Of a DNA stretch of 64,000 nt, positions 1 to 9,927 are shown piece after piece. The stretch lies in contig JBCCEA010000003.1 in NCBI GenBank assembly GCA_039030515.1, positions 64,001 through 128,000 of the forward strand, written 5' to 3'. The notes under the pieces are model-generated. The model was given only the letters and a program-made list of their open reading frames with translations. It was not told the origin of the DNA and ran no database searches. The first letter of the stretch is position 1. Each line of letters begins with the position of its first letter. This DNA is from Myxococcota bacterium (GTDB taxonomy: Bacteria; Myxococcota_A; Polyangia; Polyangiales; Houyiibacteriaceae). The position numbers and the translations under genes are program-made.

Positions 1-1072
1 CTTCGCCCACCGAAAACGTGAGTACGACCGGTGCGTCACGGTCGTTCCGGAACCTCAGATTGAGCTGAGGATAGGTGACCACCGCATCTAGGCCGAGTTT
101 GATGTAGCTGCTTGGACGGCTGTGCGGGGTTCGCTCAAGAATTTCTAGACCCGAGAAGTAGGCGGCTGCGTGAAGTGTTCCCGCGATCTGGCAGGCCCCT
201 CCGCCGACGCCATCCACCAGTTCTCCTCCCGCGATGACCGGCGCGAGACGAAAACCGCTCGCTTGGTTTCTAGGACCTACGACCTCGTTGAAGTCAAAGA
301 TCTCGCCCGGCAAGACGACATATCCATCTATTTTTCTGCCTCCCACGCGCATGTTGTGGGTCCGATCCGCGGCGCGACCTGAAGCATCGTAGCGGGTTTC
401 AAAGTAGCCGAGGAGCTGCTCCATCTTTGCGTCTCGCAGCTGCACCTCGGTGCGGGCGGGGTCCTCGCGAACATGCACCAACTCCACTTCCTGCGATCCA
501 CGCTCAAGGGCGGCTGCCACCCTATCGAGGGTGGACCAGACGTCGACCTGGATTCCGTGCTGTTCGGGCACCACCAGTCGCGTGCTCGGGTCCATTCGGG
601 CGCTGCGTGCAGGCCGATCGAGCTCCTCCTTGATACGCAGCAGCATCGGGCGGAGTCGGCTCGCATCGAACTTCACCGGGACCGGCAGGTCCAGCCGGCC
701 CACCGGCCGCAAGGCAGCATGGAATCGTCGCATCGCGGAACTTGGGTCTGCGGCCTGTTCGAGCAGCGTGCGCAGATGGTCGGCATCGATAGAGCCCCCG
801 AGACGAGTCCTGGTCAGCGTGTGTGTGCCGGAACGGGTGCGGAGCACGACGGGGGCTTGATTCCACTCCGTTATCAACGCGTGAACCTGCGCTTCGAGGT
901 CGCCGCGTACATCCACCTGGCGCCCTTGCACGGTGACGATCGGATCAGGGGTAGCGGCATGTGCCGGCTCCGAACTGCCGGAAAGTGTGAAAAGTGTGAT
1001 CGCTCCAGAACCTAGGAAGCATAGCGATGCGCCTAGAATGCGAGCACCAGCGCTACTGAATATGAGCCGCAT
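1..1072 (-). CDS. VanW-family protein with N-terminal signal/TM segment (runs off the left edge; absent from ORF track)
   Basis: Hand translation from ATG at 1072: MRLIFSSAGARILGASLCFLGSG... Near the window start the same frame reads PVIAGGELVDGVGGGACQIAGTLHAAAYFSGLEILERTPHSRPSSYIKLGLDAVVTYPQLNLRFRND, the VanW core (GGGxCQ...ERxxHS...LGLDA). Confidence 0.85.
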   Translation of the reverse strand, partial: MRLIFSSAGARILGASLCFLGSGAITLFTLSGSSEPAHAATPDPIVTVQGRQVDVRGDLEAQVHALITEWNQAPVVLRTRSGTHTLTRTRLGGSIDADHLRTLLEQAADPSSAMRRFHAALRPVGRLDLPVPVKFDASRLRPMLLRIKEELDRPARSARMDPSTRLVVPEQHGIQVDVWSTLDRVAAALERGSQEVELVHVREDPARTEVQLRDAKMEQLLGYFETRYDASGRAADRTHNMRVGGRKIDGYVVLPGEIFDFNEVVGPRNQASGFRLAPVIAGGELVDGVGGGACQIAGTLHAAAYFSGLEILERTPHSRPSSYIKLGLDAVVTYPQLNLRFRNDRDAPVVLTFSVGE

Positions 1073-1152
1073 CAGCACCCGCTGAGGTCAACAGCACGTC
1101 GGGGTTTGGTCAAATTTTGAGCGGGATCGAGCGTTTGCTCGGGTAGTGGACG

Positions 1153-1187
1153 GTTCAGTTCAGTTCAGTTCAGTTCAGTTCAGTTCA
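1153..1187. repeat. Pentanucleotide tandem repeat (GTTCA)x7 overlapping the glyA stop codon
   Basis: Seven perfect GTTCA units read directly; on the - strand it reads (TGAAC)n. Confidence 0.95.
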
Positions 1188-2427
1188 GACCAGGAGCGGG
1201 GAACTGCTTGCAGAGATCGCGAACTTCACCGGCAACGTGTTCGAGTGTCGATTCGCTTTCCGGCTCTCGCACCACCCGATCGATCCACTTTGCGAGCTGC
1301 TTCATTTCAGTCTCGCCCATCCCGCGGCTGGTGATGGCGGGCGTACCAACGCGAATGCCGCTCGGGTCAAACGGTTTTCGGGTGTCGAAGGGCACCGAAT
1401 TGTAGTTGGTCACGATCCCTGCACGCTCGAGTGCCTTCGCGGCGACTTTACCGGAAACCCCCTTGGAGCTGAGGTCTATCAAAATGAGGTGGTTGTCTGT
1501 TCCGCCGGTGACCAAGTCGAATTCGTGCTCCAAAAGCGACTCTGCCAGCTGACGTGCGTTGCTGACGATTTGGTGCGCGTAGTCGACAAACTCCTCGGTG
1601 GCGGCGAACTTTGCGGCCACCGCGAGTGCGGCGATGCTCCCATTGTGAGGGCCTCCCTGAAGCCCAGGGAACACGGCACGATCGATCTTCTTCCGATGGG
1701 TCTCATCGCAGAGAATCATGCCGCCTCTCGGGCCTCGCAGGGTTTTGTGGGTGGTGCTCGTGACCACCTGACACGCTCCGACCGGGGTTGGGTGCGCCTT
1801 GCCTGCAACCAGTCCGGAAATATGTGCGATGTCCGCTACTGGAATGGCACCAACCTCGTTCGCGATCTCAGCAAACCTTTCGAACTCCACCACGCGGGGG
1901 TAGGCGGTGGTTCCGCAGTAGAGGATTTTCGGTTTGTGCTCTCGAGCGAGCCGGGCGACCTCATCGAAGTCGATTCGGCAATCTTCACGACGCACCCCGT
2001 ACTGAACCGCGTTGAAGTATGCGCCGGTGATCGAGACCTTCCAGCCGTGGGTGAGATGCCCTCCGCTCGGCAGCGCCATGCCCATGATCGTGTCTCCGGG
2101 TTTGCAAAACGCGAAATAGACCGCGAGGTTGGCTGGCGATCCTGAGTACGGTTGAACGTTGACGTGTTCGGCTCCGTATAGATGCTTGAGCCGCTGGATC
2201 GCCAGTTGCTCGATCGCGTCGATATGCTGCTGCCCCTCGTAGTAACGTTTCCCGGCGTACCCTTCTGAATATTTGTTGTTGAGCACGCTCCCGGTCGCTT
2301 CCAGCACCGCTTTGGAAGCGTAGTTTTCACTTGGGATCAGCCTCAGGGTCGATCGCTGACGTTCGGCTTCGGCAGCGATGCGCTCGGAAATTTCCGGGTC
2401 TGCTTGCGATAAGTTCGATTCCACCAT
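1180..2427 (-). CDS. glyA: Serine hydroxymethyltransferase
   Basis: LIPSENY, NKYSEGYAGKRYYEG, NVQPYSGSPAN, GGHLTHG, PLP-lysine motif TTHKTLRGPRGG. Confidence 0.98.
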   Translation of the reverse strand: MVESNLSQADPEISERIAAEAERQRSTLRLIPSENYASKAVLEATGSVLNNKYSEGYAGKRYYEGQQHIDAIEQLAIQRLKHLYGAEHVNVQPYSGSPANLAVYFAFCKPGDTIMGMALPSGGHLTHGWKVSITGAYFNAVQYGVRREDCRIDFDEVARLAREHKPKILYCGTTAYPRVVEFERFAEIANEVGAIPVADIAHISGLVAGKAHPTPVGACQVVTSTTHKTLRGPRGGMILCDETHRKKIDRAVFPGLQGGPHNGSIAALAVAAKFAATEEFVDYAHQIVSNARQLAESLLEHEFDLVTGGTDNHLILIDLSSKGVSGKVAAKALERAGIVTNYNSVPFDTRKPFDPSGIRVGTPAITSRGMGETEMKQLAKWIDRVVREPESESTLEHVAGEVRDLCKQFPAPGLN

Positions 2428-2507
2428 TCTGTTCTCCCATCCGGCCGTACCACACTACCCAGTGGCGGGCATGGCGACGCGATGATAGGTGGAGACGCAG
2501 ACAGGCG

Positions 2508-3986
2508 ATGCAGCATCCCAATCTGGAAGACTTCAGGACACTTTGCGCACAGCACTCCGTGGTCCCGGTGTATCAAGAAATCGTATCCGATACGCTGACT
2601 CCAGTTTCCGCCTTCGCGACCGTAGGCGAAGGTCCAGGTTCCTATTTGCTGGAGAGCGTCGTCGGCGGCGAGAAGTGGGGACGCTACAGCTTTGTGGGCT
2701 GCAATCCAGACCTGATCGTTCGAGGCGGAGGAACCCGTTTTGAATGTTGGCGCGGTGCGGGTGCTTCCCCTGAAGTGCGTCGCGGCGTCGATCCATGGCA
2801 GGAACTGCGTGCGTTGCTCCAAACCTACCGTCCGGCCGTCCTCGAGAGCCTGCCACGGTTTTGGGGGGGCGCTGTGGGCTATGTCGCGTACGACGCGGTG
2901 CGACGGTTTGAGCCAACCGTTGCCGAGCAAGACGATGAAGACGAGTTTGCCTTCTCCATAGGCGGCGCGGTGCTCATCTTCGACTCGCTACGCCAAACGG
3001 TGAACGTGGTCGTACCCGCTTTGGTCCCGGATCGGCCAGCGGATGTGGATGCGCTTTATCGGGAGTCTACCGCGAAGATCGACTCGCTCATCGCCAAGCT
3101 TAGAAGTCCGAAATCGATCGCGTCGATCAAGGTGCCTGAGCCCACCCATGAACCTGAGCTGCCGGCGTCTTCCTTTGATCGCCCCCGGTTCTGCGAGGCG
3201 GTGGAGCGAGCGCAAGAGTACATCCGGGCGGGGGATATCTTTCAGGTCGTGTTCTCTCAGCGTTTTCGAGTGGCTGCATCGGGTACCGACCTGTTCGATG
3301 TCTACCGCACGATGCGGATCGTCAATCCTTCACCCTATATGTACTTTCTCAAGCTACCCGATGTGAGTATTGCGGGGGCCAGTCCGGAAACTCTGGTGCG
3401 ACTCGAAGATGGAGTTGCAGAAGTTCGACCTATCGCCGGCACGCGACGACGTGGAGCCTCTGCAGAGGAAGATCGGGCTCGTGAACTCGACATGCTTGCG
3501 GATCCCAAAGAGCTCGCCGAGCACGTCATGCTGGTCGATCTCGGTCGCAACGACCTCGGTCGGGTAAGCACGCCGGGTTCGGTGCGCATTACCGAGCAGA
3601 TGGCGGTGGAGCGCTATTCTCACGTGATGCATCTCGCCTCCAACGTCGTCGGCACGCTGGTCCAAGATCGTGATGCGCTCGATTTGCTTCGGGCGACCTT
3701 TCCGGCCGGCACCCTCAGTGGCGCTCCGAAGGTGCGGGCGATGCAGATCATCGAGGAGCTGGAGCCGGAAGCGCGCGGCATCTACGGGGGCGCGGTCGGC
3801 TATTTGGGCTTCGACGGGAACATGGATATGGCGATCGCGATTCGTACGATCATACAGCGAAAAGACGAGTTCTGGATTCAGGCCGGGGCGGGTATCGTAG
3901 AGGCCAGCTCACCCGATGGCGAATACGACGAAACCGTCCACAAAGCGCGTGCAGCGCTGGTCGCCATCGAAGCGGCTCGCACCTAG
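2508..3986 (+). CDS. trpE: Anthranilate synthase component I (start moved to MQHPNL)
   Basis: LLESVVGGEKWGRYSF, GDIFQVVFSQRF, NPSPYM, GASPETLV, PIAGTRRRG, KELAEHVMLVDLGRND, FPAGTLSGAPKVRAM. Confidence 0.93.
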   Translation: MQHPNLEDFRTLCAQHSVVPVYQEIVSDTLTPVSAFATVGEGPGSYLLESVVGGEKWGRYSFVGCNPDLIVRGGGTRFECWRGAGASPEVRRGVDPWQELRALLQTYRPAVLESLPRFWGGAVGYVAYDAVRRFEPTVAEQDDEDEFAFSIGGAVLIFDSLRQTVNVVVPALVPDRPADVDALYRESTAKIDSLIAKLRSPKSIASIKVPEPTHEPELPASSFDRPRFCEAVERAQEYIRAGDIFQVVFSQRFRVAASGTDLFDVYRTMRIVNPSPYMYFLKLPDVSIAGASPETLVRLEDGVAEVRPIAGTRRRGASAEEDRARELDMLADPKELAEHVMLVDLGRNDLGRVSTPGSVRITEQMAVERYSHVMHLASNVVGTLVQDRDALDLLRATFPAGTLSGAPKVRAMQIIEELEPEARGIYGGAVGYLGFDGNMDMAIAIRTIIQRKDEFWIQAGAGIVEASSPDGEYDETVHKARAALVAIEAART

Positions 3987-4009
3987 GTCAGGGACTCGAG
4001 TAGGTCAGA

Positions 4010-4044
4010 GACTCGAACCCGCGGCCTTTGGCCTGACAGGCTGG
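4010..4044 (-). pseudogene. Degenerate partial copy of tRNA-Asp (anticodon arm to T-arm)
   Basis: 31/35 identity to 4294-4328 of the intact tRNA-Asp; GTC anticodon retained; no acceptor stem or D-arm. Confidence 0.75.
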
Positions 4045-4204
4045 TCATCTATATTGGGCTGGGGAAGAGCTTCGCTCACACGCATACACGTATTGGAGAG
4101 CGCGGGACCGGCGATGAGCATTGCAACGGATACCGCATGGCCACCTCGACACGAGCCGAGTACCTGGACGCTACGCCACCCACGACGACACGCATCCACT
4201 GGCT

Positions 4205-4260
4205 CGACGGCAAGCAAAAGCCCCTACCTTGGCGAGGGTGCGACGGAAAGCAAAAGCCCC
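4205..4260. repeat. 20-bp direct repeat cgacgg(c/a)aagcaaaagcccc at 4205-4224 and 4241-4260
   Basis: Read directly, 1 mismatch; the second copy includes one arm and the U-tract of the tRNA terminator. Confidence 0.85.
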
Positions 4261-4278
4261 CGCGTTTGCAGGGGCTCT
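4252..4278 (-). terminator. Intrinsic terminator 3' of tRNA-Asp
   Basis: - strand AGCCCC-TGCAAACGCG-GGGGCT followed by TTT (short U-tract). Confidence 0.65.
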
Positions 4279-4355
<77 letters not shown>

Positions 4356-4492
4356 AATTGATAAGGGACCTGGTCAGAGCTTAAGCGACTCCAACGAGGC
4401 CTCCGCATTGGGACCAACCGCCGAAACGGTGGTGTATTTCCTATGTAGATTGGGAAGACCCAATCATTGTTGCCCTGGCGCGATCATCGTGG

Positions 4493-5606
4493 ATGGAAAC
4501 ACCCATGAAGCCTTTTAAACCACAGTGTTTTTCAGACCATGGTGCCCTTCGAACCAAGGCATCCTCTGAACACGGCAAGGTCGCCCGAAACGCGTTCATA
4601 AGGATTACGCTCCTTAGCCCGCGCGCCGAGCTCTGTCAAAAAGCTCGACCAAAAACCTTGCCAAAAACTCCAAGCGGTTTGGGTCGCAGAATGGACATGT
4701 AGAGAACAGCAACTCAACCTAGGGCCTGCGTTTCGGTGGCGTTTTCACGCGCCATTGCGCCAGCCTACTTCAATAACGCCGACCTTTTGCTCGCGGTCGA
4801 TCTCGACAGTTCGGCAGGCTTATTTCACGCGCTTCACGCAGTTTTGCTTCGCGAGTCTTATGACTTTGACGACTACCTGGTGACTCTGACGACTACCTGG
4901 GCATCGCGACGGATCCCCGACAGCTTTTTGCCAATCGTCATGCGAACCTCGTCGCAGACTTCGCATTCAACGAGGGCGATCGGACTCTCTTAGACCGATA
5001 CCGATACATTACAGGAGAAGTGTTGACCGCAACTTGCGATGCATGTGGAAAATCTACAGCGTAACTGAGTACATAAAAAACCTGGCACATTCTTCGGATG
5101 GTGCAGCCTGTTCCCAGAGGCCAGGCGTGAGCGCCTATCAATACTTACGGGACCTCGCACGCAAACACCGCTACCTGACCTGTCGGGCCGATCTGAGTCG
5201 TCCATCGGATCTTGAACACGTCGAGCGCATCCTACGTGATCGCGGCTGCGTGTTCGATATGCTCGATATCAGCAACGTCTGGTGGGAACACTATTGTGGT
5301 GATGGTGTGCACCTGGCTCGCAGTATCGATCAGCTCCGAGAGAGCGGGGTGGTTGGGCCAGGTGCACTTTTGATCTCTTCATTCGTCGACCCAGCTCGGA
5401 GATCTCAAAAGTTCACAACGTACTACTACGCTTCCTTCAGTCTGAAAGATACCGACGGAACACATATCCTGCGGGCGCTCTATTCTCTCGACCCGGCCGC
5501 GCAACCTCTTGGACTGAATTGGCGTAAACGTAACGCGTTGCCCGATCGAAACCCTCTACAGCACTACATCCAAAAGTGCTCGCCTCCGCGAGGTTATGCT
5601 CCATGA
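4493..5606 (+). pseudogene. Probable fragmented gene, SAM-dependent methyltransferase-like fold
   Basis: ORFs 4493-4702 and 4736-4993 share a frame, split by TAG at 4700. A 20-bp tandem duplication (4861-4900) shifts frame, and a second shift near 5010-5030 joins ORF 5034-5606. Fragments ADLLLAVDLD, CRADLS and FDMLDISNV look like Rossmann-MTase motifs. Confidence 0.5.
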
Positions 5607-5665
5607 GCTAGGCTATGTTCCATGAGCACCCTTTGTACTGACTCAAGACTGTTAGGCTTGGTCAG

Positions 5666-6649
5666 ATGTTTTGGACGAGACCGTTAGGGGATGCCCGTTT
5701 TGATTCGTGGGCGTTGGGGATCTACGTTCTGGGGCTCTGCTGCCTAGGGATGCTCTGCTGCCTAGGGATGCCGAGTCACAGCGAGGCTCAAGAGATCGTG
5801 CGCACGGACGTGCGATATGTCGGTGCCGGGGAGCTGCAAGGCGCTGAGGATGAGGTCGACGGGGTCTCCCTATCCACGTTGGAGTTCCGCGGAGCGTTCA
5901 CGCTGCCCATCGTGCTGCAGAAGAGCGGCACGATCTTGATCGCTGGTGCCAACTACAGCTGGCTCTCGCCCTCGACTTCCGGAGTAGATGGTGCCGCTGA
6001 ACCCGACAACTTCCAGGAGGTGGGGGTCACGGTGGGCGCGGTGATTCCATTTGGTCCGCGCTGGTCCTTGCGCGCAATGTTTGCCCCGAGCTTGGCGAGT
6101 AACTTCGAGGAAGCGTCGACGGATGCTTGGAACTTTCGCTCCGTGGCGGCAGCGAGTGTTCTGCTGTCCGAAAAAACAACGTTCAGCTTTGGCCTGGTGG
6201 GCAGCTATCAGTTCGGAAGTCTGCTCCCGCTGCCCATCGTGTCGATCGATTGGCGCCCTACAGCATCCACTTCGCTAGTGACGGGCTTTCCGGAAGGGGT
6301 GCAGGTTCGACAGTTCTTGGGCGACCGTTTTCTAGTGGGCGCACGACTCGGACTTGAAGGTAGCCAGTATTTTATCGGCGGCTCAGGAGATGAAGAAGGG
6401 TTCGTCGATCATCTCCAAACGACGCAGCTCGAAGCGGGTCCAGTCGTCGGTCTTCGCATCGCATCGGCACTTTGGTTGGAGGCCTTCGGAGGCTACACCT
6501 TGTATCGCAACCTCAATATCTTCGATGGAGGTAACGATTCTTTCCTCGACGCTCAACTAGACAATAGTTTTGTATTTCAGGGATCTTTGGTGATTAGACC
6601 ACCCATGCCCCCGCCGGAACCTGAACCCGCATCGTTTCCCGACGATTGA
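5666..6649 (+). CDS. Outer-membrane beta-barrel protein (DUF6268-like)
   Basis: Signal peptide ending SEA-Q, alternating amphipathic strands, PSLASNF and LLPLPIVSIDWRP...GFPEG motifs. Confidence 0.7.
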   Translation: MFWTRPLGDARFDSWALGIYVLGLCCLGMLCCLGMPSHSEAQEIVRTDVRYVGAGELQGAEDEVDGVSLSTLEFRGAFTLPIVLQKSGTILIAGANYSWLSPSTSGVDGAAEPDNFQEVGVTVGAVIPFGPRWSLRAMFAPSLASNFEEASTDAWNFRSVAAASVLLSEKTTFSFGLVGSYQFGSLLPLPIVSIDWRPTASTSLVTGFPEGVQVRQFLGDRFLVGARLGLEGSQYFIGGSGDEEGFVDHLQTTQLEAGPVVGLRIASALWLEAFGGYTLYRNLNIFDGGNDSFLDAQLDNSFVFQGSLVIRPPMPPPEPEPASFPDD

Positions 6650-9600
6650 TGCGCAGGAGATTCTTGCACGTCGAGTGGACTTAGAATGCGGCTTATCGAG
6701 CGCTTGAGGTCTTCGAGAATCAGATAGCTCGCCGGTATCTGGATCAGGATGATAAAGGTCGCGAACAACACGCCGAATCCGAGAGAAATCGCCATAGGGA
6801 TGAGAAACCTCGCCTGAACGCTGGTTTCAAGGATCATCGGGACAAGACCAAAAAAGGTCGTGAGCGAGGTGAGCAGAATCGGGCGAAATCGCCTCACGCT
6901 TCCTTCGACCACCGCATCTTCGGTGCTGTGGGTTCGGCGGTACTCGTTGACGGCCACGATGAGAATGAGGGAATCGTTGACGACGACTCCGGACAGCGCG
7001 ACCACCCCCATCATGCTCATGACCGACAGTCCCGAATTCATCAGTACGTGACCCCAGATCGCGCCGACGAATCCGAAGGGAATTGCGGAGAGCACGATGG
7101 TGGGCTGTGCGTAGCTGCGGAATACGATCGCGAGCAAGCCATACATGATGATAAGGGCCATGAGGAACCCTAGTCCGAGGATCGTGAGTGCGTCGCTTTG
7201 TGCTTCCTGCTGTCCACCGAATCGGTAGGTCAAACCCGGGTAGTCCGTCATCAATTGAGGTAGCTCTTTTTCGACGAGAGAGGCGACGACCTGGTTGGCG
7301 TTTCCTTCGCTCTCATCAACATCGGCTGTAACACTGACGGTTCGTTTCCCCTCGGTGCGGTTGATCTCTGTGTATGCCCGGCCAAAATCTATCGTCGCGG
7401 CCTGGGCCAAGGGTATTTCTCCATTCGAAGGAGTGCGAACGATCAGCTGTTCTACGGAGTAAAGGGACTGACGTTCCTCAAGCGGCAGACGAACGTATAC
7501 CCGAACCTCGTCTCGACCCCTTTGTTGTCGAACCGCCTCTGATCCGTAGTACGCGCCTCGGACCTGGCGTGCGATATCCGACTCATTCAGTCCCAATGCG
7601 CGGGCCTCTGGCCGAAGCCGAATATCGAGCTGTTGTTTGCCCTGGCTAAAACCGGCATCGATATCCGTAACGCCCGCATACGATTGGAGTTTCTGCGCAA
7701 GCTCTGCAGCTGCCCCCTCCAAGGTTTCGGCGTCCGGATGCGAGAGCTCTACGTCGATCGCGGCTCCGCTGTCTGCCCCGATGGCGTATTCGAAGGTCAG
7801 GGATCGCGCTCCGGGAAGTTCTTGAACCTCGTCTCTCCATAGCTGCGCCAGTTCTCCCGTTGTAAATTCGCGTTCAGATGTCGGCACCAGGGCAAGCATG
7901 GCCGCAGCGATATGTCCTCCAGAGGATCCCGGGTTGAGCCTGTCCTCTTCGACCCGCAGTCTCGAACCCAGGGAAGACATCAAACCTCGCAGATCGTCTT
8001 CGCTGCCCAGACGGTGGAGCGCCCGATGGCCCGCGTCGACGAGCTCTTGCCGTAACCTGCTCGTTTCCGATGCGGGGGTACTCACCGGCATTTCAAGGTT
8101 CACCTGAACGATATCCCCCTCGATTTTGGGTAGGAAGGTGAACGGGAGTCGTCCGCCGGAAACGATGCCCATAGAGGCGAGAAATACGGCGATGCAGGTA
8201 GCGACCGTCACGTAGCGCCAACGCAAAGCGGCTCGGACGAAAGGTCGATAGCGGGTCTCGATAAAATTGGAGAGGCCTTTCGATACCCTTTTCTCGCCGA
8301 GCAACTCCATGAGCTTAAAGAGTGGAAAAAACAAGCCCTGCAGCCACCAGGGCATGCGGTGGGAGAGATGCGCGGGGAGTACAAAAAATGATTCGATCAA
8401 GGAAACGATGAGCACACCGATGACGACGGCCGGGATCACTCGGAAGAACTTGCCCATGAAACCCGGAATGAAGAGCATGGGAGAAAACGCGACACAGGTA
8501 GTGATGATGGAAAAGGTTACTGGAACAGCGACCTCGCGGACGCCCTGAATCGAGGCCTCTGCAAAGGATTTTCCAGCTTCACGCTGCTTGTAGATCGACT
8601 CTCCAACGACGATCGCATCGTCGACCACCATCCCTAATGTCACAATGAATGCGAATAAGGAGATCATGTTGATCGATACTTCGGCGATGGGAAGGAACAG
8701 CAGCGCTCCCGCAAAACTTATCGGAATGCCCAGAGTGACCCAGAAGGCGAGCTTCGGCTCGAGGAACATTCCCAGGATCACCAGCACGAGCATCAAACCG
8801 AGCGCGGCGTTGCGGCCGAGTAGCTCCACGCGTTCCCGGTACATGACCGATTGATCGTTCCACAGGGTCGCGTTTACCCCTGGAGGCCACTGTCGCAGTT
8901 CGAGGTGACGCTGCACTGCAGAGGAGACCTCGATGGGGGTCTCGCGGCCCACTCGGTAGACCTGGACCATGATCGCCCGGCGACCGTTGAAATAGGTTTC
9001 CTGATCGAGTTCCTGAAACCCATCGTGTACCTGTGCGACGTCACGAAGCCGGACCGTGGTTCCATCCTCCCGTGCGAGCAGAACGATATCGCCGAATTCT
9101 TGGCCTTGATCTCTTCGCTCGGCGGTTCGAAGCAATATTTCGCCGGAGTCGGTCTTAACGCTGCCTCCGGGAACCTCGACACTGCTTTGAGAAATCGCAT
9201 CCGCTATCGCAGGCAGGGTGAGTCCGTATTTGCGCAGGGCGTCCTGGGCCACCTCCACGCTGATCTCGAGGGGACGCGCGCCTGAGACCTCTGCGTAGGA
9301 AATGCCATCGTCGCTGAGCAGCTCTTCACGAAGCTGTTCTGCGAGCTGCTTGAGAACTTCCTCGGTGCTTTCACCCGGTTGATCGACCGCCGAAATCACG
9401 ACGGAGAGAACCTGGTTGCGGTTGGTGAGTAGGCTGATGACCGGCCGTTCTGCATCCTCGGGGAACGAAGAGATGCGGTCTACCGCGCTCTTGACGTCGT
9501 TTAGCGCAGCGTCTGGATCGGCTCCGATCAGGAGCCGGACGGTCACGCTTGCAGAGCCTTCTCGGGCGGTCGATTGAACCTCTTCTACGCCATCGAGCCC

Positions 9601-9927
9601 CCGGACAGCTTCTTCGACGGCAAGCACGACGCCCTGCTCGACTTCCGCTGGTGAAGCGCCCGGGTAGTCGATTTGAACGGAGACCGTATCGAGATCTACC
9701 TCGGGAAACACTTCCTGTTTGATCGATGTTGCAAGGACTATGCAGCCACCGAAGAGCAGAACGCTCATCAATATATTGGCCGCCACTCGGTTGGTCGCCA
9801 TCCAGGCGAGTGGGCCGCGGACCTGAGCCTCAGCGCTTGCCCGAGTGGCGTCCTCGTCGATGGCATCGGGCTGTGGCGTGTGCGCATCTTCCAAGGGACG
9901 CGTGTCTTTGGATGCGTATTCTGTCAT
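6577..9927 (-). CDS. RND efflux transporter permease (AcrB/AcrD/AcrF family)
   Basis: YPGASPAEVEQ, GMVVDDAIVVGESI, GVVVNDSLIL, RFRPILLTSLTTFFGLVP. Confidence 0.95.
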   Translation of the reverse strand: MTEYASKDTRPLEDAHTPQPDAIDEDATRASAEAQVRGPLAWMATNRVAANILMSVLLFGGCIVLATSIKQEVFPEVDLDTVSVQIDYPGASPAEVEQGVVLAVEEAVRGLDGVEEVQSTAREGSASVTVRLLIGADPDAALNDVKSAVDRISSFPEDAERPVISLLTNRNQVLSVVISAVDQPGESTEEVLKQLAEQLREELLSDDGISYAEVSGARPLEISVEVAQDALRKYGLTLPAIADAISQSSVEVPGGSVKTDSGEILLRTAERRDQGQEFGDIVLLAREDGTTVRLRDVAQVHDGFQELDQETYFNGRRAIMVQVYRVGRETPIEVSSAVQRHLELRQWPPGVNATLWNDQSVMYRERVELLGRNAALGLMLVLVILGMFLEPKLAFWVTLGIPISFAGALLFLPIAEVSINMISLFAFIVTLGMVVDDAIVVGESIYKQREAGKSFAEASIQGVREVAVPVTFSIITTCVAFSPMLFIPGFMGKFFRVIPAVVIGVLIVSLIESFFVLPAHLSHRMPWWLQGLFFPLFKLMELLGEKRVSKGLSNFIETRYRPFVRAALRWRYVTVATCIAVFLASMGIVSGGRLPFTFLPKIEGDIVQVNLEMPVSTPASETSRLRQELVDAGHRALHRLGSEDDLRGLMSSLGSRLRVEEDRLNPGSSGGHIAAAMLALVPTSEREFTTGELAQLWRDEVQELPGARSLTFEYAIGADSGAAIDVELSHPDAETLEGAAAELAQKLQSYAGVTDIDAGFSQGKQQLDIRLRPEARALGLNESDIARQVRGAYYGSEAVRQQRGRDEVRVYVRLPLEERQSLYSVEQLIVRTPSNGEIPLAQAATIDFGRAYTEINRTEGKRTVSVTADVDESEGNANQVVASLVEKELPQLMTDYPGLTYRFGGQQEAQSDALTILGLGFLMALIIMYGLLAIVFRSYAQPTIVLSAIPFGFVGAIWGHVLMNSGLSVMSMMGVVALSGVVVNDSLILIVAVNEYRRTHSTEDAVVEGSVRRFRPILLTSLTTFFGLVPMILETSVQARFLIPMAISLGFGVLFATFIILIQIPASYLILEDLKRSISRILSPLDVQESPAHQSSGNDAGSGSGGGMGGLITKDP

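Noticed and set aside
473..1015. 180-aa + strand ORF (and similar 1237-2145, 24600-25739, 26832-27467)
   Set aside because: Antisense or shadow frames of well-supported genes, as expected in GC-rich DNA.
1..1072. Vancomycin-resistance locus
   Set aside because: VanW-domain genes are widespread alone, and no vanHAX/RS is in the window.
4700..4702. Pyrrolysine or programmed TAG readthrough
   Set aside because: The same gene has two frameshifts and no pyl genes are present; decay is simpler.
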